Positions 63,071 through 64,000 of a DNA stretch of 64,000 nucleotides are shown one piece after another; position 1 is the stretch's first letter; every line of letters begins with the position of its first letter. The notes below the pieces were generated by a model. That model worked only from the letters and a program-made list of their open reading frames with translations. It was not told where the DNA came from and ran no database searches. Source of the stretch: Macrostomum lignano (taxonomy: Eukaryota); contig NIVC01000301.1 of NCBI GenBank assembly GCA_002269645.1, forward strand, positions 542,460-606,459, read 5' to 3'. Position numbers and translations under genes: made by a program.

Positions 63071-63563
63071 AAAACAAATGTAATCTTTCTTTGGAATTGA
63101 ATTCAATCGAAGTTCTTGTACGGTTTAATTTAGAATTCAAATTTGTTTAAAATTCAGGGCGAAATGGTTTATTGCATAACTAATGTGCCAGTATATATTA
63201 GCATTGTTCAAGCGACCTTTGTGCCTGATGAGCAGCAAAGACTAGTCTGCATAAGGCATCATCTTCAATATCTCTCGTAGAATCAATCTGGTTGGCTCGG
63301 AAGCAGCAACCGCACCGGAATGTTAACACATCGGGGACCTCCCTGAGACCCGGCGAGTTCAATGATCCCCGATCATTGCCAAATAAATAACAAGGGCACT
63401 CGCCAGCCAAGACCGATTTAGGATTGAGAAATCCAGTCAAAACTAGCAATACAAATTGATTTAAAATTGCCAGTTCGGTAGCGCAGCTCGGTGTCAATAT
63501 ATTTAGGCTAGCAGAAATGCTCAGGCTCGAGTAACGGTCGATCATCAAGAGGCAATTCGCACT

Positions 63564-64000
63564 TCACCTGCCCCTGCCACCGCCGCCTTTCCGCTTGCCG
63601 CCCTTCCGGTTCGTCAGCTTGTTCCGCTCGCGAGTTATGCGCGCCTTCACAATCTGCTCCACGCTTTTGCGCTCCGACTGCTGCTGCCCACCTTTCTTTC
63701 CTGGGCGGCCGCCTGGCGCCGCCGCTGCTGCTGCCGCCGCGGCCGCTGTAGGACCGTGCCGCTTACGCTGCAGACCCAGGACGCGCATGCCGCCACGGCC
63801 ACCGCCGCCTCCCCGACCTTCTCCGTCGCTGCCGGCGCCGTCATCGTCAGCGCCGTCCTCGCCGCCGCCTCCTAGCGCCTCCGCATCGCCGCCGCCGATA
63901 TCGGGGTTCCGCTTGCGCCACTTGGCGTAGCGGTCGGTCTTGTAGGAGGCCGGCACCAGCTGGCCGCTCTCCGTCCGCACCATCAGCCGCTTGGCCGCCG
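63564..64000 (-). CDS. DDX54: 3' end of DEAD-box helicase DDX54/DBP10 (continues beyond the window)
   Basis: VRTESGQLVPASYKTDRYAKWRK matches the DBP10 C-terminal domain; ERKSVEQIVKAR followed by a basic Gly/Lys tail. Confidence 0.8.
   Translation of the reverse strand, partial: AAKRLMVRTESGQLVPASYKTDRYAKWRKRNPDIGGGDAEALGGGGEDGADDDGAGSDGEGRGGGGGRGGMRVLGLQRKRHGPTAAAAAAAAAAPGGRPGKKGGQQQSERKSVEQIVKARITRERNKLTNRKGGKRKGGGGRGR

Overview
Eukaryotic (animal) genomic DNA: GC-rich spliced exons, AT-rich spacers, and about 19 mostly unrelated tandem arrays covering roughly 13 kb (~20%) of the window. Gene content and composition suggest a flatworm, probably Macrostomum (inference, not verified). Genes reconstructed by hand: 3' part of a PLEKHG-type RhoGEF; an EF-hand/dynein-light-chain (TAL-type) gene with two alternative first exons; a Pro/Glu-rich orphan ORF; a TSP1 type-I membrane protein; a group-I PAK kinase; TIMM23; a 4-coumarate-CoA-ligase/luciferase-like acyl-CoA synthetase; a 45-aa spliced secreted peptide absent from the ORF track; a PAN+C-type lectin; a broken PAN+ALK/LTK-like glycine-rich gene; PRXL2C; a 2-exon orphan; CHMP4; a disrupted nAChR-like subunit; two convergent caveolin paralogues; a WCPPC nucleoredoxin/tryparedoxin-like protein; and the 3' end of DDX54. 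Mobile elements: a complete Merlin transposon (8-bp TSD) decayed by CpG transitions and carrying a nested 1.5-kb TIR element, a mariner fragment, a probable tRNA-derived SINE, a 5'-truncated LINE with a 13-bp TSD, and a MITE. No CRISPR, rRNA or intact tRNA was found. All identifications come from manual reading and recalled family motifs; no database search was run.
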